IMG/VR virus record: IMGVR_UViG_3300036942_000109
Location: 1 to 36,063 of that record
Direction: 5' to 3' (one strand)
From: a virus
Taxonomy: Duplodnaviria > Caudoviricetes
DNA: 36,063 nt
Numbering within the stretch: position 1 is the first letter of the stretch; every line of letters begins with the position of its first letter. The translations under genes and the position numbers were made by a program. Below the pieces are notes generated by a model. It made no database searches and was not told the DNA's origin. It worked only from the letters and a program-made list of their open reading frames with translations. This document shows positions 1-9,603 of this stretch, piece by piece.

Positions 1-100
1 TCTCAAATATAGAAGAATCAATTATTTTTTTTGAAATATAGTTGTTTCCATTAAGTGTTAAATTTTCTATAACTTGACCATCTTGTAATTTTATTTTCAT
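1..100 (-). CDS. 5' part of the 96-aa tail-fibre-associated protein (full copy at 35448-35738), cut by the window edge
   Basis: ATG at 100 after AGGAGG; identical to 35639-35738. Confidence 0.8.
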   Translation of the reverse strand, partial: MKIKLQDGQVIENLTLNGNNYISKKIIDSSIFE

Positions 101-425
101 ATTTTACCTCCTTAGTATATTGAGAAAGCAGGGCGAACACCCTGAGCAAAGTACGCAACGTGAGCAAGCGCACCGCCATCGTCGCCCACACGAGCGAAAT
201 AAGTAGCAGAAACAACGTCTCTAAGCCAAAATATTTGTCTTATTGAAACTAGGTCTGGTCGGAATGAAAACAGAGGTAACTGACTTTTTCCAAGCCCAGC
301 ATTAAACCCCGAACTTCCTCCCAGGTTACTGCTCCCGAATACATTCCCTCCATATATCATATTTTCATTCATTAGCTCTACTTCACTATCATACCAAGCA
401 AAACCATTTGCCTTGTCATTTGCGA
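1..425. repeat. Terminal direct repeat, copy 1 (pairs with 35639-36063)
   Basis: 1-120 is identical to 35639-35758. The first mismatch is at 121/35759; the rest aligns without gaps but is diverged. Confidence 0.95.
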
Positions 426-1161
426 CTGCATTACACAGAAGTTGTCTGTGTTGTAATACTCTGCTTGGGAAAGCATTATTAATTATAGTTTTTGCTTGAT
501 TTAAACCTTCGGTGTACATTTTTGAACCAACGTAGCCACCAACAGTTGTGTTGGTGTCGTTCATAACGTGGCTGTACAGCGCAGTGTCAGGAATGATAGT
601 TATGTGATTAGTTGTTAATTCTGTTGTATCACCTGTACGCAAATAATAATTAAAGCAAGCTATTCTCCAGTTTACGCCCCCAATCGTCCAATAATCCCCT
701 ATTTCTAGTCCTTCAAAAGTACCACTTGCAACAGCTTGTTGTTGTTCTGCAGTGTAAGAAGTGCCTAAATACTTTCCTCTATATCTGCTGTTTTTTGAAC
801 CTGCGTTGTTAGGAAGAATATTAGCCAACCATTCCGAGCTACACCTAACCCAATCTCCGTCTACCTCCCCAGAACCTATGTTATCTACCCAAGTAGAGCT
901 AGTGCCTGTATAAGCCCACACCTTCCCTGTGTGGTCTCTAACAATTTGATTAGCTGTGTTTATGATGCCACCTGTTCCTGTAAGGTCTCTAATCTCCTTA
1001 TACCCTGTAGGGGACTTATCTGCCATCATTGACGCTGTGTCATCCCTAAGACCTTGTAACCCTTTTTCTGCTATATTTGACTGTATCGAACCTAGACCGT
1101 CTTTCCCTGTTAAAGGGTCTTTTTGATAATCTATTCCTTCTTGTATTTTTCCGTTTGCCAT
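112..1161 (-). CDS. Tail receptor-binding protein with a C-terminal domain typical of DGR targets (C-type lectin-like, DUF6273-like)
   Basis: Likely start MANGKIQ at 1161 after GGAGGG; last gene of the tail module; C-terminus FWLRD...FAxV...GVRPAF resembles phage DGR variable regions. Confidence 0.75.
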   Translation of the reverse strand: MANGKIQEGIDYQKDPLTGKDGLGSIQSNIAEKGLQGLRDDTASMMADKSPTGYKEIRDLTGTGGIINTANQIVRDHTGKVWAYTGTSSTWVDNIGSGEVDGDWVRCSSEWLANILPNNAGSKNSRYRGKYLGTSYTAEQQQAVASGTFEGLEIGDYWTIGGVNWRIACFNYYLRTGDTTELTTNHITIIPDTALYSHVMNDTNTTVGGYVGSKMYTEGLNQAKTIINNAFPSRVLQHRQLLCNAVANDKANGFAWYDSEVELMNENMIYGGNVFGSSNLGGSSGFNAGLGKSQLPLFSFRPDLVSIRQIFWLRDVVSATYFARVGDDGGALAHVAYFAQGVRPAFSIY

Positions 1162-1185
1162 ATTTCCCTCCTTTCTTTTTATTTT

Positions 1186-1201
1186 ACTACTAATTAGTAA
1201 T
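1186..1201. promoter_or_regulatory. 16-bp palindromic operator, copy A (ACTACTAATTAGTAAT)
   Basis: One of four near-identical palindromes upstream of late genes. Confidence 0.65.
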
Positions 1202-1216
1202 AATTTCAAGTTATAG

Positions 1217-1238
1217 AAAAAAGAGGGTCTAGCCCTCT
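1217..1238 (-). terminator. Intrinsic terminator after the Rha-family gene
   Basis: AGAGGG/CCCTCT stem followed by a T-run on the minus strand. Confidence 0.7.
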
Positions 1239-1882
1239 AGTTGATTTTTTTCTTCTAATTTTTTTAATTTTTTATTGTATAAATCTTTTAACATTTTTTG
1301 TCTTTCATAGTAGTCTGGTATAGCTAATACTAGCCCAGTATCTATTCTTTGTAACAACAAAATATCTTTTATTTGACCCTCTGTTAAATAAGGTCTTATA
1401 CTAACGCCTTTTTCCAAGCCTTTTAGTTCTCTAAATTGTTTAGCATTAACACCTAAAACTATTTTGTTTATCATATTTAACTCGTTAGAAAAATGATAAT
1501 TTTTAGGCTCTTCATGTGCAAGTTGAATGTTATTTGTTAAATCTTTAAATTCTAACCTTGCCATAAGTTGACTAGTTATTATTCTTTCCATTTCGTTAAA
1601 CTTATTTATATAAAGTTCTTTGAATTGCGTTGCTTTTTCTCCAGTAAATCCCATAGCCAACATTGTAAATCCGTCTTTTGTAAGATTATAACAAGGATAT
1701 TCTTTACCTCTAACCTTATAAGTTGACTCCTCGAAATTGGGGAGCGAAAATTCTTTACTACAATTTTTAATTATTTCTCTAATATCTCTCAAAACATGGT
1801 CGTGTCTTTTTTCAAACAAATTGGCTACCATATTGCTTTTGCAAAATATTTTCCCTTTTTTAACTTCTACTAAACTTTTCAT
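1229..1882 (-). CDS. Rha-family phage regulatory protein
   Basis: VANLFEKRHDHVLRDI...YPCYNLTKDGFTMLAMGFTGEKATQFKELYINKFNEME matches the Rha N-terminal signature. Confidence 0.9.
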   Translation of the reverse strand: MKSLVEVKKGKIFCKSNMVANLFEKRHDHVLRDIREIIKNCSKEFSLPNFEESTYKVRGKEYPCYNLTKDGFTMLAMGFTGEKATQFKELYINKFNEMERIITSQLMARLEFKDLTNNIQLAHEEPKNYHFSNELNMINKIVLGVNAKQFRELKGLEKGVSIRPYLTEGQIKDILLLQRIDTGLVLAIPDYYERQKMLKDLYNKKLKKLEEKNQLEG

Positions 1883-1927
1883 ATTATCACCTCTTTTTTT
1901 TATTTAGCTTGGTTAAAGCTATGTTAC

Positions 1928-1956
1928 ATTATACCACAAAACACCTTTAATATCAA
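1928..1956 (-). promoter_or_regulatory. Sigma70-type promoter of the Rha gene
   Basis: TTGATA-17 bp-TATAAT with an extended -10 TG. Confidence 0.7.
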
Positions 1957-4900
1957 GTGTTAAAGCCTGCGTTGGGGTTATCTCCACCATTGGTTGGGAT
2001 TAGGTATGTAGGGTCTACAGACAAAGAAGCGAAACAAGATCGATATTTGTCCACACAGTTTTTGGTTGTATTTCTGCTCATTAGATAACAAGCATGAAAT
2101 CCGTTATCGATAGAATCTTCAGCTAAGTTTCCTACTAAATCTGTACAATCCCAAAAACCAAATTTAGCCCCTTTGGACCAACAATTCCTTATTTTGCTAC
2201 AGTAAAAAAACCCTATATTAAACCAATTACCATCAAAACCAGAATGTTCTACAAAAATATTTTCCAATATTATCTTGCTTTTGTTCAAAGGAACGGAAGA
2301 TGTTCCGTACACACCTGTAACTCCAAAACTTTCATAAGAAGAATCATAATTTGCTCTTTCTAATAGAAATTTTATGTTTTTTACAACTTTTAATGTGTTA
2401 TCAATAGGGTTGGCGTATACCGCGCAGTAAATATTGTTATAGCCTTTAAAAATCGTGTCATAAGAAAATCCGTCTATATTTTTGAATTTATCCAAACTTA
2501 AAGCTGAAGTTAAATAACTTACACCAGAACTTTCACCAGTAAACAAGCCTTTTAATTTATAAAAACCATTTAAAATCGGTCTTATATAAAGATTTTTTAA
2601 AGTTATAGTTCTGTCTAAGATTTCTTGTTGTAATCCAACCCTTGAAGTGTCTATCAACCTTTCTTCCCACAGTATAGACCTTTCACCAAAAAAAACAGAA
2701 TTAGGAACTATTTCTATGCTGTCTATAGCTTCATCTAGCTCACTAACTGTATATCCTAACTTGTCAAACTGTGTGAAATACTCATCTATGTCATTCCCTT
2801 CAAAAAGCCTTATATACCAAGTCCTATTTTCTATCGGATTTACAACAAAATATTTAGAACTGTCAACACTTGTTTCTGCCCATTCTCCGTCGAGTTGCTC
2901 TTTACCTGTTGCCTTGACTCTTATGTTATATACAGATTGCTCTTTCAATATAACTTTTGTAGAGTTAGATTTTATCATCATCTTTTCTGCTGTTTCCCAA
3001 TCTTCTGATTCTTTCTTATATTGTAGCTCGTAACTTACCACATTACGCCCAACGAGATTATTCCAAGAAACCCTTGTAAACACTTGATAACCTCCTGCGT
3101 TGTCAATAGCGGGTTCTTGAGCTGTTAGATTCGTTACAGGAGGGAATTTGTCATTAGTTCCTATGTCCTCGGAAGTAGTTATTTTGTTAGAACCTGTTTC
3201 AGTCCTCATATTATAGTACTTCCATTTCCCAACCCTTAATATCTCGTTAAGAGTGAAAGTTGTTCTGTCGTTTGTTTCTTCTACCGATTGAACTACCATA
3301 TTTTTATTTAACAAGTTAAATCTAGGCATATGGATTTTCAGAGTATCAAAATTTTGGATATTTGGATAATGTTTTGTTAGTACTGTCATTTTGTAAGTTG
3401 CGTATGAATCTAAGGATTGTGACAGGCATATAGCCCCAAACCTTATAGCTTCCTCTTTCGTATCTATCTCAGAGGTATTATCTTGAGTTATAGAAGCTCT
3501 TTTTAGTCCATATTTGAGTATAGAGCCTGTGGGGATATACAAATCAAATGTACCTGCATTTGTGAAAGGTAGATTAACTCTATAAGTTTGAGAATCTATG
3601 ACTTGGGTAACTTTTCTATACTCTAATCCAATCCTTATCATATCTCCGAGATTTAAAAGCTCATCTGTTACAATAACATTTTTCTCGCTTACAACTATAG
3701 CAGAATGAACAGATTTTATTGTATCATCTACAATTTCGGTTTCGTACTGGTCCGTTTCTGCCGAGTAGTATTTGATAGTGTAGCTGTTGACTACTTGCAG
3801 TCCGTTCGCTGAAAATGTAGTTTGTTTTTCCACGTCTTTTTCATTGATACTATATTTTCCTGTCAAAGCAGGCTCTATAGTTAGGTTCTTGATTACAAGC
3901 TCGTAACTATCTGTACCCTGTTTTGAAGTTCCGTCATAGTTGTAATATGTATCTGTAGACTTTGTGTACTCAAAACCTAAGAACATCCCTATTTTGGTTA
4001 CCATAGATTGTAGCACGGACCAAAGATTGCCGTATTGCAGGTCCGCTTCTTTCGGTATCACTTGGAACTCCGAAAAGTTTTTGACAAATAAATTATAATT
4101 AAGTGTTGCGTCATCAAGACAATTTTGTATGAAATTTTCCAATGAAAACTCATACTTTCTTATATATACAGAGTATTCTCCATTCTCAACTGTTTTTGTA
4201 GAGCTAAACTCTATATTCTTACTTGAATTGAAAACTGTAACGATACATTCAAAATAATCTTGTCCGTCATACAGCTCAAAAGTGTCGCCTACAGCCGAAA
4301 CTGGCAAGTCGTTATAAGTTGTAACTATTGAATTATTAACAACATTGACAAATCTTAATTTCTCCTCAAGAGTATATATCTTTTCTGTCTCATCTCTGTT
4401 AGAAAAATATCGTCTGAAATCTGCTTGTTCCAAACCTACGTTTTGTAAGTCATAAGACAAGTCCTTACATTCCAAACTACAAGTTTCTATATCAGAGTTA
4501 ACAGCATTTGTTATTTTTCCATAAAATTTTAAATTTTGTTCTACTATAGATTCTTTTTGAACCGCTATAAATATATATTCATCCTCTTCTATAACTCTAT
4601 TGAAATATATTCTATGTTCTAAGTCTTCTAGCTTGGTGCTGTAGATATCCTCCAAACTCATAGCGTATATATCCTCGAGTGACATTGTAAATAATACGTC
4701 ATCATATATCTCGTATCTATCTACATAAGCAACAGGCGAGGTATCGAAGTCTCCGAACAACTCTTTTAGGCTTTTAGAGTAAAAATCTTCAAGAGATAGG
4801 TTGTATATATATTCAAGACTTTTTCCACCTGTGTGTTTTACTACAGTTAAAACTTTATAATTTCTTACGACTCCTCCAAATTCAAAAGGTATAAAATTCG

Positions 4901-5435
4901 TACCGTTTCCTTTAAGCTTTAACAGAGTGTTTTCTGTATCTATAGTATATTGATTTCTATAACATATGTTGCCCTCGCTTATAAGAGGGCTGTATATGTC
5001 TAAAGGCAAATGGTTTAAAGGGTTAAGTTCTGTTGTGTCTATGTAGGTTATTCCAATCTTGACTACAACACCAGCAGGAACTGGCTTATTGAACATTATT
5101 TGTCCTTTTATCCAGTTCGCTGTGTATTCGTCATCAAAACTAACAACTTTTATAGTATTCTTGAAAGGCGAACCGTAAATATCTGTACCCGCTCCTGTTA
5201 ACTCATATTCGAAAGCATATTTAACCTTGTTAGCTTTGAAATGCGGGCTATATAACTTATCATTAGTATTCTTAAGTGTGAGGCTCATAGTTGCGACTGG
5301 GTTATCAGTGTATCCGTTCCCAAGCTCTAGTACAGAACCTTTGTTTAGACTTGAATTAACAACCTCGTTCGTTACGTCGATAACCTCCGAACCATCAGCC
5401 TTTATTATTTTGTACTCGTTCTTAATTATTCTCAT
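1953..5435 (-). CDS. Large tail tip/baseplate hub protein with an FN3-like domain and a C-terminal beta-helix-like region
   Basis: 1160 aa downstream of the tape measure gene; PPVTNL...VSWN...YELQYK...YNIRVKA...GEW FN3 pattern; C-terminal GFxxC repeats. Confidence 0.7.
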   Translation of the reverse strand: MRIIKNEYKIIKADGSEVIDVTNEVVNSSLNKGSVLELGNGYTDNPVATMSLTLKNTNDKLYSPHFKANKVKYAFEYELTGAGTDIYGSPFKNTIKVVSFDDEYTANWIKGQIMFNKPVPAGVVVKIGITYIDTTELNPLNHLPLDIYSPLISEGNICYRNQYTIDTENTLLKLKGNGTNFIPFEFGGVVRNYKVLTVVKHTGGKSLEYIYNLSLEDFYSKSLKELFGDFDTSPVAYVDRYEIYDDVLFTMSLEDIYAMSLEDIYSTKLEDLEHRIYFNRVIEEDEYIFIAVQKESIVEQNLKFYGKITNAVNSDIETCSLECKDLSYDLQNVGLEQADFRRYFSNRDETEKIYTLEEKLRFVNVVNNSIVTTYNDLPVSAVGDTFELYDGQDYFECIVTVFNSSKNIEFSSTKTVENGEYSVYIRKYEFSLENFIQNCLDDATLNYNLFVKNFSEFQVIPKEADLQYGNLWSVLQSMVTKIGMFLGFEYTKSTDTYYNYDGTSKQGTDSYELVIKNLTIEPALTGKYSINEKDVEKQTTFSANGLQVVNSYTIKYYSAETDQYETEIVDDTIKSVHSAIVVSEKNVIVTDELLNLGDMIRIGLEYRKVTQVIDSQTYRVNLPFTNAGTFDLYIPTGSILKYGLKRASITQDNTSEIDTKEEAIRFGAICLSQSLDSYATYKMTVLTKHYPNIQNFDTLKIHMPRFNLLNKNMVVQSVEETNDRTTFTLNEILRVGKWKYYNMRTETGSNKITTSEDIGTNDKFPPVTNLTAQEPAIDNAGGYQVFTRVSWNNLVGRNVVSYELQYKKESEDWETAEKMMIKSNSTKVILKEQSVYNIRVKATGKEQLDGEWAETSVDSSKYFVVNPIENRTWYIRLFEGNDIDEYFTQFDKLGYTVSELDEAIDSIEIVPNSVFFGERSILWEERLIDTSRVGLQQEILDRTITLKNLYIRPILNGFYKLKGLFTGESSGVSYLTSALSLDKFKNIDGFSYDTIFKGYNNIYCAVYANPIDNTLKVVKNIKFLLERANYDSSYESFGVTGVYGTSSVPLNKSKIILENIFVEHSGFDGNWFNIGFFYCSKIRNCWSKGAKFGFWDCTDLVGNLAEDSIDNGFHACYLMSRNTTKNCVDKYRSCFASLSVDPTYLIPTNGGDNPNAGFNT

Positions 5436-5815
5436 ACTTCAACCTCCGTCAAAGTCAGAGAGAAGGTTCTAGCTCCACTCTGCCATTTTCCATTGTCAGA
5501 AAAAAATCTTGTACTCTCGTTTTCTTCTGTATTCATTTCTATTCTAGCATAGAATTTGTAACCTCGCACAGTATCTAGAACCGCACAAGTATAATCGCCT
5601 ATATTTTTGTTATTAACATTTTGAGATATATTGAAAGTCTGTGTTGAATTTCTGAAATTAATGAAATTCTCAAGCCTTTGAACAATATAATCCTTATTAG
5701 TGTTGAAATTATATGTTAATTCTCTCTGATTTGTCGTCCTAGACGTCATAGAGCTATATGAAGGCGTTTCTATAGCTAGAGTTACAAAATCATCTGAATA
5801 AAGTTTTAAGCTCAT
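5432..5815 (-). CDS. Probable distal tail protein
   Basis: 127 aa with 4-bp overlaps between the tape measure and tail tip genes; call is from synteny only. Confidence 0.5.
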   Translation of the reverse strand: MSLKLYSDDFVTLAIETPSYSSMTSRTTNQRELTYNFNTNKDYIVQRLENFINFRNSTQTFNISQNVNNKNIGDYTCAVLDTVRGYKFYARIEMNTEENESTRFFSDNGKWQSGARTFSLTLTEVEV

Positions 5816-8800
5816 CTGTAACCTCCCATCAAATTACCAGTAGAAATATAGTTATTTCTGTTAATTATGTCCATAACCTTATCAGGAAATTCATCCGAAT
5901 AATTATTTTCTATGTTGACTATAGTTTGTCTGTTGTCTGCATTCATATAGCTTTGTGTCGTAGCTGGGGCTATTCTTAAGAATGAAGGAAGATTTTCTGT
6001 AGATGCTGTCAAACTTTCCATTTCATCAGTTACATCACTTACAGCTATTCCTAGTTTTTCAAATTCTTCATTAAGACTTCCTGTAGTATCTTCATATAAC
6101 TTTAGCATAGTTTCGTAAGCTTCTTCAAAACTCATTCCTGATACGTCGCCTATGTTCAAGTCTACTTCATCAAATATTATATCAGAAAATTTGTCCCCTA
6201 GCTGATCTCCTAGACTTTCAAAAGCTTCCGAATAGAATACTGATTTTGAGAACGAGTCCCTAAGCATTGCGTCAAGTGCTGTTTTTGCGTCTCCTCCACT
6301 TTTGAATACAGAAGCGAATTGAGACGAGAAGTCAGAAGACATAAGCCCTACAGCTTCTTTGAAATTGTCAAGGTTTTGTTGCCAAGCGTCATCTATTAAG
6401 GCTTGTATCTCTGTCATAGCTCCTTCAACATCATAACCGCTTATATATGACTTTTTCTTACCGTACCACGTTCTATAAGAACCGTATTGAGCATATTTGC
6501 CCATTACTGCGTCAACGTCTATATCTCCATAGCCTGCTCCTGCAAGTTGTTCTTTAAGTGCTGTCGTGTCAATAGAAGCGTTTTTTGCTTTTCCAAACCC
6601 GAGCATGTCAACTATACCTTGTAACGCTATCCCGCCTGGCTTTAAGAAATTTTCCCAATTTAACTCTGTGGAAGCAGAGCTACCTGTACCAGCCATTATA
6701 CCTGCAAGATTAGAGGGTCTTTCAAGTTGTGCGAAAGATATTTTTTGACCTATACTCAAGTCGTCTACAGCTTTTTGAAAGTTAGATACAGCTTCTTCAA
6801 ATCTCTCTGTAGATTCTGCTTGTTTCTTTCCTATGTCGCTTTCGTTGAAGCTATCAACTATGCCTTTTACCATAGTAGCGCCTTGCATAACCATTCCCGC
6901 TTGCCCTAATGCTCCTGCTGTCCCCCAGTTAGCCATCATACTTGCACCTTGGTTCATTAACATTGACATAGAACCAAGAAGGTCATCTCCAAAAAGAGTG
7001 GATAATTCTGAGGTTATTGTTGCTACGTCTGAAAGAGTTTTAGCATAATCTTTGTTTGTTTTTATGTTTTTTTCAGCTTCCTTGGTTGCGTCGTCAAATG
7101 CAGGAGCTAATGCGTCTAACATTTCAGAATAATATCTTTGAACTTCTGGGTCTGCGTTTTTAGATAATTCAAAAAGCATAGAAAATTCTCTTGATAATTC
7201 ATTAAATTTTTTGTAAGCTTCTTCTGTGCTTAAACCTTCAAATTGAGAAATCAATTCTTTTGAAGCGTTCAAGCCTTCGTAATATAGCTCTCTCTTAGCT
7301 TGTTCAAGGTCTTCTTCAGCTTTTAAGGTTTCTTTTTGGATTTCTAGCGTTTCAGCTCTTTTTTTGTCTTGTTCTGCTTTTGCTTTTTCTAGTTCAATTT
7401 CATCTTCTATTTCTTTTGCTCTTTGTTTTGCTTTTTGTCTTTTTTCTTTGAGCAACAGCTCCTCTTTTTCTTTTGCCTCTTCTTCTTCGTCTAACAAAGA
7501 AAGTTGAGTTTTTATATTGTCTCTCACAGAAGATAAAATATTTTTAGTTTTTTCCTCTGCTTCTCCTTTTTCTACTGCTTCTTTGATTATTTTGTCCACG
7601 GCTTCCATTTTCGATTCTAAGTTGTCCTCGAAACTCATGCCAGTTAATTTTGCAAACTCATCTATCTTTCCGAACTCTAAAATCAAGCTTTCTAAAAGTG
7701 CGTCTTTTAATTCTTCTTGCTTTATGCCTTCCATTATGTAAGCGTTCCCTCTAGCTACCCATTCATCGGTCCTAGCAGTATATTCTTTGCCTTTGTAGTC
7801 AGGTGAATATACGCCTATTTTTTTGTATTGTTTCACAGCGTCTACAAACGGTCTGGTTATTATATCTAAGGCTTTTCCTGCGGCTTTCCCAGCTCCCATT
7901 ATAAGCTCGGCTATGTCTCCAACAAATTGAAAAGGGGATTTAAGAGTTGCTATAAATGTTTTTGAAGCCATTGTTTTTAGTATGTCTGTAAAATCTGTAT
8001 CGGCTTTGATTTCTATTTTTTCTTTTGAAGCTTTTATGAATTCGTTCATAACTATAAGAGCTTGTGTTAAAGGGTCTATAAGTTCTTCGCCTATTGCCAC
8101 CCTTACGTTTTGTAGATTACTTTTCATAACTCTAAGTTGGTTCGCGAATTGTTTTTGAGTTCTTACAGCGTCCCCTTGAGCTTCTTTTGAGTTTTCTAGT
8201 ATAAACTTCCAACGCCACATTGCTTTTTGTTGTTCTGTCATCTCCCTTGTAGAAACCCTAGAGCCTTTGGCAAGTGCATATTGGTTAATCGTTGCGTCTG
8301 ATAGAAGTATACTGAACCTTCTCAAAGGTTCTTGTTCTCCCCTTAAGGCGGCAGCTATAGCTACGAACGCCTCGTCATCTGCTGTATTATATAAAGAAGC
8401 CAAATCCACAGCCAGCTCCGAGATTTGCAAAGCTACATCTCCAATTTCTTCACCTGATTTTCCCATAGCTTTACCCAAAGCTAGACCACCAGAAGTCATT
8501 TTACGTATTTGGTATTCAGAACGCCCTAGTTTATTTGCCAACTGGTCTGATTTTTGTATGAACTTTTCTGAAGATTTGTTCAAAAAAACATCAAACACGT
8601 TATCCAGTTCTCTCATATTTCCAGCCAATTTTACAGAAGCTCTTGCTATTTCAAATGTTTTTTCAGTTATTTTTTCCAAAACATAATATTTAGCAACAGT
8701 TTTACCTAGAGAAACGAAAGCATTTTCCAAACTAAAAACGTTTGTTTTGGTTTCTGTTATCTTTTTGTCAGTCTTTTCTATGGCTTTATCTGCATTTTTC

Positions 8801-8871
8801 AAACCTTGCTGTAATTTCTTGTCATCTAGCCCGAAACTAGCGAATATATCAGCTACCTTTTGTCCTTGCAT
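5812..8871 (-). CDS. Tail tape measure protein
   Basis: 1019 aa, helical/coiled-coil; LAVDLASLYN...AALRGEQEPLRRF...QGDAVRT motif; follows the tail chaperones. Confidence 0.92.
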   Translation of the reverse strand: MQGQKVADIFASFGLDDKKLQQGLKNADKAIEKTDKKITETKTNVFSLENAFVSLGKTVAKYYVLEKITEKTFEIARASVKLAGNMRELDNVFDVFLNKSSEKFIQKSDQLANKLGRSEYQIRKMTSGGLALGKAMGKSGEEIGDVALQISELAVDLASLYNTADDEAFVAIAAALRGEQEPLRRFSILLSDATINQYALAKGSRVSTREMTEQQKAMWRWKFILENSKEAQGDAVRTQKQFANQLRVMKSNLQNVRVAIGEELIDPLTQALIVMNEFIKASKEKIEIKADTDFTDILKTMASKTFIATLKSPFQFVGDIAELIMGAGKAAGKALDIITRPFVDAVKQYKKIGVYSPDYKGKEYTARTDEWVARGNAYIMEGIKQEELKDALLESLILEFGKIDEFAKLTGMSFEDNLESKMEAVDKIIKEAVEKGEAEEKTKNILSSVRDNIKTQLSLLDEEEEAKEKEELLLKEKRQKAKQRAKEIEDEIELEKAKAEQDKKRAETLEIQKETLKAEEDLEQAKRELYYEGLNASKELISQFEGLSTEEAYKKFNELSREFSMLFELSKNADPEVQRYYSEMLDALAPAFDDATKEAEKNIKTNKDYAKTLSDVATITSELSTLFGDDLLGSMSMLMNQGASMMANWGTAGALGQAGMVMQGATMVKGIVDSFNESDIGKKQAESTERFEEAVSNFQKAVDDLSIGQKISFAQLERPSNLAGIMAGTGSSASTELNWENFLKPGGIALQGIVDMLGFGKAKNASIDTTALKEQLAGAGYGDIDVDAVMGKYAQYGSYRTWYGKKKSYISGYDVEGAMTEIQALIDDAWQQNLDNFKEAVGLMSSDFSSQFASVFKSGGDAKTALDAMLRDSFSKSVFYSEAFESLGDQLGDKFSDIIFDEVDLNIGDVSGMSFEEAYETMLKLYEDTTGSLNEEFEKLGIAVSDVTDEMESLTASTENLPSFLRIAPATTQSYMNADNRQTIVNIENNYSDEFPDKVMDIINRNNYISTGNLMGGYR

Positions 8872-8884
8872 AGTACCTCCTTTC

Positions 8885-9220
8885 TTAGTTCAAAAATAAG
8901 CTGTTGTATTGTTGTAATAATTTTTCTTGCTCACTTTCTATTTTGATTTTATTTTTTCTTTTTACCCATACAATAGGCTCTTTAAGTCTTGAAAAACCAG
9001 TCATTCCAGTTATGTTTGCTAGACCTTCAAAAGCCAACAAAGTATCTTCATAAGCTTCGTTATAAGCTTTTATATTACTGTTAACCTCGAAAAATGTAAG
9101 TTTCAGAAAATCTTCTAGTTTTACAAAGTTTTTTTTCAAAAATTTTACATATAAATCTTTTATATCTACATAGTCGCTTGTTCTTTGTTCTTCAACTTCT
9201 CTATTGTTTTTTCTGCCCAC
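8885..9220 (-). CDS. Tail assembly chaperone, downstream (gpT-like) part, probably a -1 frameshift extension
   Basis: Overlaps the upstream ORF in the -1 frame; weak own start; immediately before the tape measure gene. Confidence 0.55.
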   Translation of the reverse strand: MGRKNNREVEEQRTSDYVDIKDLYVKFLKKNFVKLEDFLKLTFFEVNSNIKAYNEAYEDTLLAFEGLANITGMTGFSRLKEPIVWVKRKNKIKIESEQEKLLQQYNSLFLN

Positions 9221-9555
9221 TCCTTGTGAGCTTTCATGAAACCCACAGGGTCAAAACCTAGCCTAACTGCATAATAGCACAACTTTTTAAGCTCGTTAGA
9301 GACTGATTGAGGCATTTTATAAGCTTCCTTATAGAAAAACTCAAGCGGATAATCTGTATCGACTTGACAAGCCCACAGCACGCACAAAGCCACATCTATT
9401 TCTTTTGATACTTCTCTTGCTATAACTTCGTTGAAATCTTTATCTAATTTCAATTCCAAAGCTCCGTTTTCGTGCATTTCTTGTAGTTTCTTCAAACTGC
9501 CTATTGTATATACATATTTCAATTTAAATAAATCTATGTTTTCTTTATTTTCCAT
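9166..9555 (-). CDS. Tail assembly chaperone (gpG-like)
   Basis: Start MENKEN at 9555 after AGGGGG; lies between the major tail and tape measure genes. Confidence 0.6.
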   Translation of the reverse strand: MENKENIDLFKLKYVYTIGSLKKLQEMHENGALELKLDKDFNEVIAREVSKEIDVALCVLWACQVDTDYPLEFFYKEAYKMPQSVSNELKKLCYYAVRLGFDPVGFMKAHKEWAEKTIEKLKNKEQATM

Positions 9556-9603
9556 AAATCCCCCTAATAAAAAACAGGGACTAAAAAAGCCCCTATTCAA
9601 TTT

